Part shown: positions 62,201 to 64,000 of the stretch, in pieces
Layout of the letters: the number at the start of each line of letters is the position of its first letter
Position numbering within the stretch: the stretch's first letter is position 1
Source of the DNA: Lingula anatina
Taxonomy: Eukaryota > Animalia > Brachiopoda
Length of the DNA: 64,000 bases
Reading direction: 5' to 3'
Assembly (NCBI GenBank): GCA_051362555.1
Contig: CM120645.1
Location: forward strand, 7,130,001-7,194,000
Program-made: the position numbers and the translations under genes
The notes under the pieces: model-generated
Database searches by the model: none
What the model was told of the DNA's origin: nothing
The model's input: only the letters and a program-made list of their open reading frames with translations

Positions 62201-63773
62201 GGGGTTTACTGAAACCGAAAGGAAGTATCAAAACATATAGCACTGAATTATTTCAACAAATGAATAAATATGCTACTGTCAAATAAAGATAATTTAATCC
62301 CTAGGTCAGCGATTTATTTAACTGGTAATTTTACGTAATAATTTAAAATTATAAATAATAATATTGACATACAGATACATGATAAATTACATGATTTCAT
62401 AATGATAAAAAACTGACATTTCATTAAAATTTCTCCAGTGTCGATACATTTATTTGCAAAAAATTACAGTTTATCCTATTCAGATATCTAAGATAACGTA
62501 ATTGAAACCCACTTGCACTTTCGTAACAAATGGCTCCTTTCTTGAAACACGGCGCGTACTTCTGGCCGATCTGTGGTAAATTTGTGCTCTGAGGCAAAGC
62601 TGAAAAAAATTGAGTAACGCAATTAAACACAAGGTTTGAATCAACTTTTTTTTTCCTTGAATAATTCTATATGTACTTAGTGACTCGTACAGTGGAGAAA
62701 GGCCGTGATGAGTTTAAAGTTTGTAAAAATATTAAACACCAAATATGAAATATATGACGTCATATCTTTCATATGGAAGAATGATTCAATGCGTGTGCCT
62801 TATGGATTATTAGACCTACTTTAGTTGGCGTATTTATCTAAAAGATCACATTGATAAGATTATATTTACGCACGAAATATCCATACCGAAAATTTGCTAT
62901 TTCTAAGAGAGAAAGACTGATGCTTCGATTCCCAAGAAAGGCATATTATTTAGCATACAACTATATATGTATTTCAATACATTTAAATGAAAACCAGAGG
63001 AAAGGTCATTTTTGTTTGTGAATCAATCCCATGGTCAAAGTGAGCTGATAAGACCGATCTGCCAGTGATTGTTAGAGACACTACAAAGCTGAGAGTTTAC
63101 CCGGGGTTGGCATGCGTGCAACTGATAACAGATGACAAGCCCTTACACAGTGGTACACGCCTTGTACGAGTAAAGAGTAAACGGCTCCAAGCATTACCTT
63201 ATACTAACACACTGATATATTCTAATGTGAAAGTCATCTCTACTGGATAGTTTCCTAACATAAGACGTGCATCTTATTACAATGCAAGAAAATATGGTGT
63301 TTAGGTTGTTTCTGTTGTTATTTCAAAGGAAACAGATTTCTGTTGTACCTTATTTCCTAATTTGAATTTAAAAAATCAGCAAGAGTTTGTATTTCATAAA
63401 TGCCTCCGACCTTCATGTATCTGACTTTGAATCTAAATTTTAAACTAAACACATTAAAAAGATAATTTACTGAGTTAAAGCTATGACCTATCAAACTTGT
63501 TTTATCTGTCCTATGTTTAAGTTACATGGTGAGTTGTAAGATTTTGATATGCCTCATCTAAATTGTAATATAAGTCCAAGAAGTATATAGAAACAAGTAA
63601 AGGAAAATGTTCAAATTTCATTACGGGTTTTAAAACTTAATCATTTTCATCGTAACCGGAGGTAAAATCAAATATCTTTTTTTTAAATTATGATTAAGAT
63701 TTCCCAGATAAAACTTACCTATCTGTAAACAGTAAAGAGAGAGAATGAGTATTCTTGCAAAGTACCCCGTCAT
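53248..63773 (-). CDS. Gene G4: type I transmembrane collagen-EGF protein, ~1271 aa (~960-aa collagen domain)
   Basis: Exons: 63773-63719 ([18 protein letters not shown]), 62599-62513 (..[11 protein letters not shown]..), 62208-62104, 61712-61167, 60886-60743, 60464-60036, 59728-59585, 59349-59119, 58868-58662, 58295-58161, 57829-57686, 57366-56998, 56703-56569, 56355-56284, 55944-55873, 55583-55383, 54999-54874, 54664-54566, 54273-54151, 53927-53775, 53486-53248 (TM, tail ..[12 protein letters not shown]). GT-AG, phase 1, frame intact. Confidence 0.9.
54421..54451. mobile_element. 31-bp micro-MITE or excision remnant
   Basis: CAAGGAGTTATA / TATAACTCCTTG arms flanked by the direct repeat TTTTAAC. 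Confidence 0.6.
56159..56251. mobile_element. 93-bp hairpin MITE with 8-bp TSD (hAT- or P-like)
   Basis: 46-bp arms with one mismatch and a 1-nt loop, flanked by ATGAATTA on both sides (56151-56158, 56252-56259). The paralogous G3 intron (~45845-45865) lacks it. Confidence 0.9.
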
Positions 63774-64000
63774 TGTAAGCTGAGTAATATTACTTTCATA
63801 TGTCCACCTGTATTTCTGAAAATTAATGAATTTACCTGTATAATAGGATTGTAATAATTAACCTGATACTATTTTGCTCTGTCGATATTAATCATTACCA
63901 AGAGAAATATCAGTTGACCACGCCCTTTTCTCATAAGTATAACCAAATTATACTGATCAAAAACAAAGATATAAAACAAAAAATATTTCAAGGAGAATAT

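Overview
AT-rich, intron-containing metazoan DNA, probably from an invertebrate; the species cannot be determined from the sequence. Most of the window is a head-to-tail array of four paralogous minus-strand genes: G1 598-19410, G2 22624-32370, G3 43137-51095 and G4 53248-63773. I assembled their exons by hand from splice sites and reading-frame continuity. Each encodes a signal peptide, a short two-Cys N-terminal segment, a long interrupted Gly-X-Y collagen domain (about 500 to 960 aa), EGF-like modules, one C-terminal transmembrane helix and a short tail with YxFDDIP. That is an apparent type I transmembrane collagen-EGF family, whereas the well-known membrane collagens are type II. The paralogs are mosaics. 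G3 has a G2-like 5' half and a G4-like 3' half. G1 ends in an RRRR/stop exon followed by a decaying copy of the G2 membrane-anchor exons. An intact Ty3/Gypsy chromodomain LTR retrotransposon (33972-42815, + strand) sits in the G3 3' UTR. Introns carry a nested foldback/TIR complex, several MITEs and microsatellites. All gene models are manual and have no transcript evidence.
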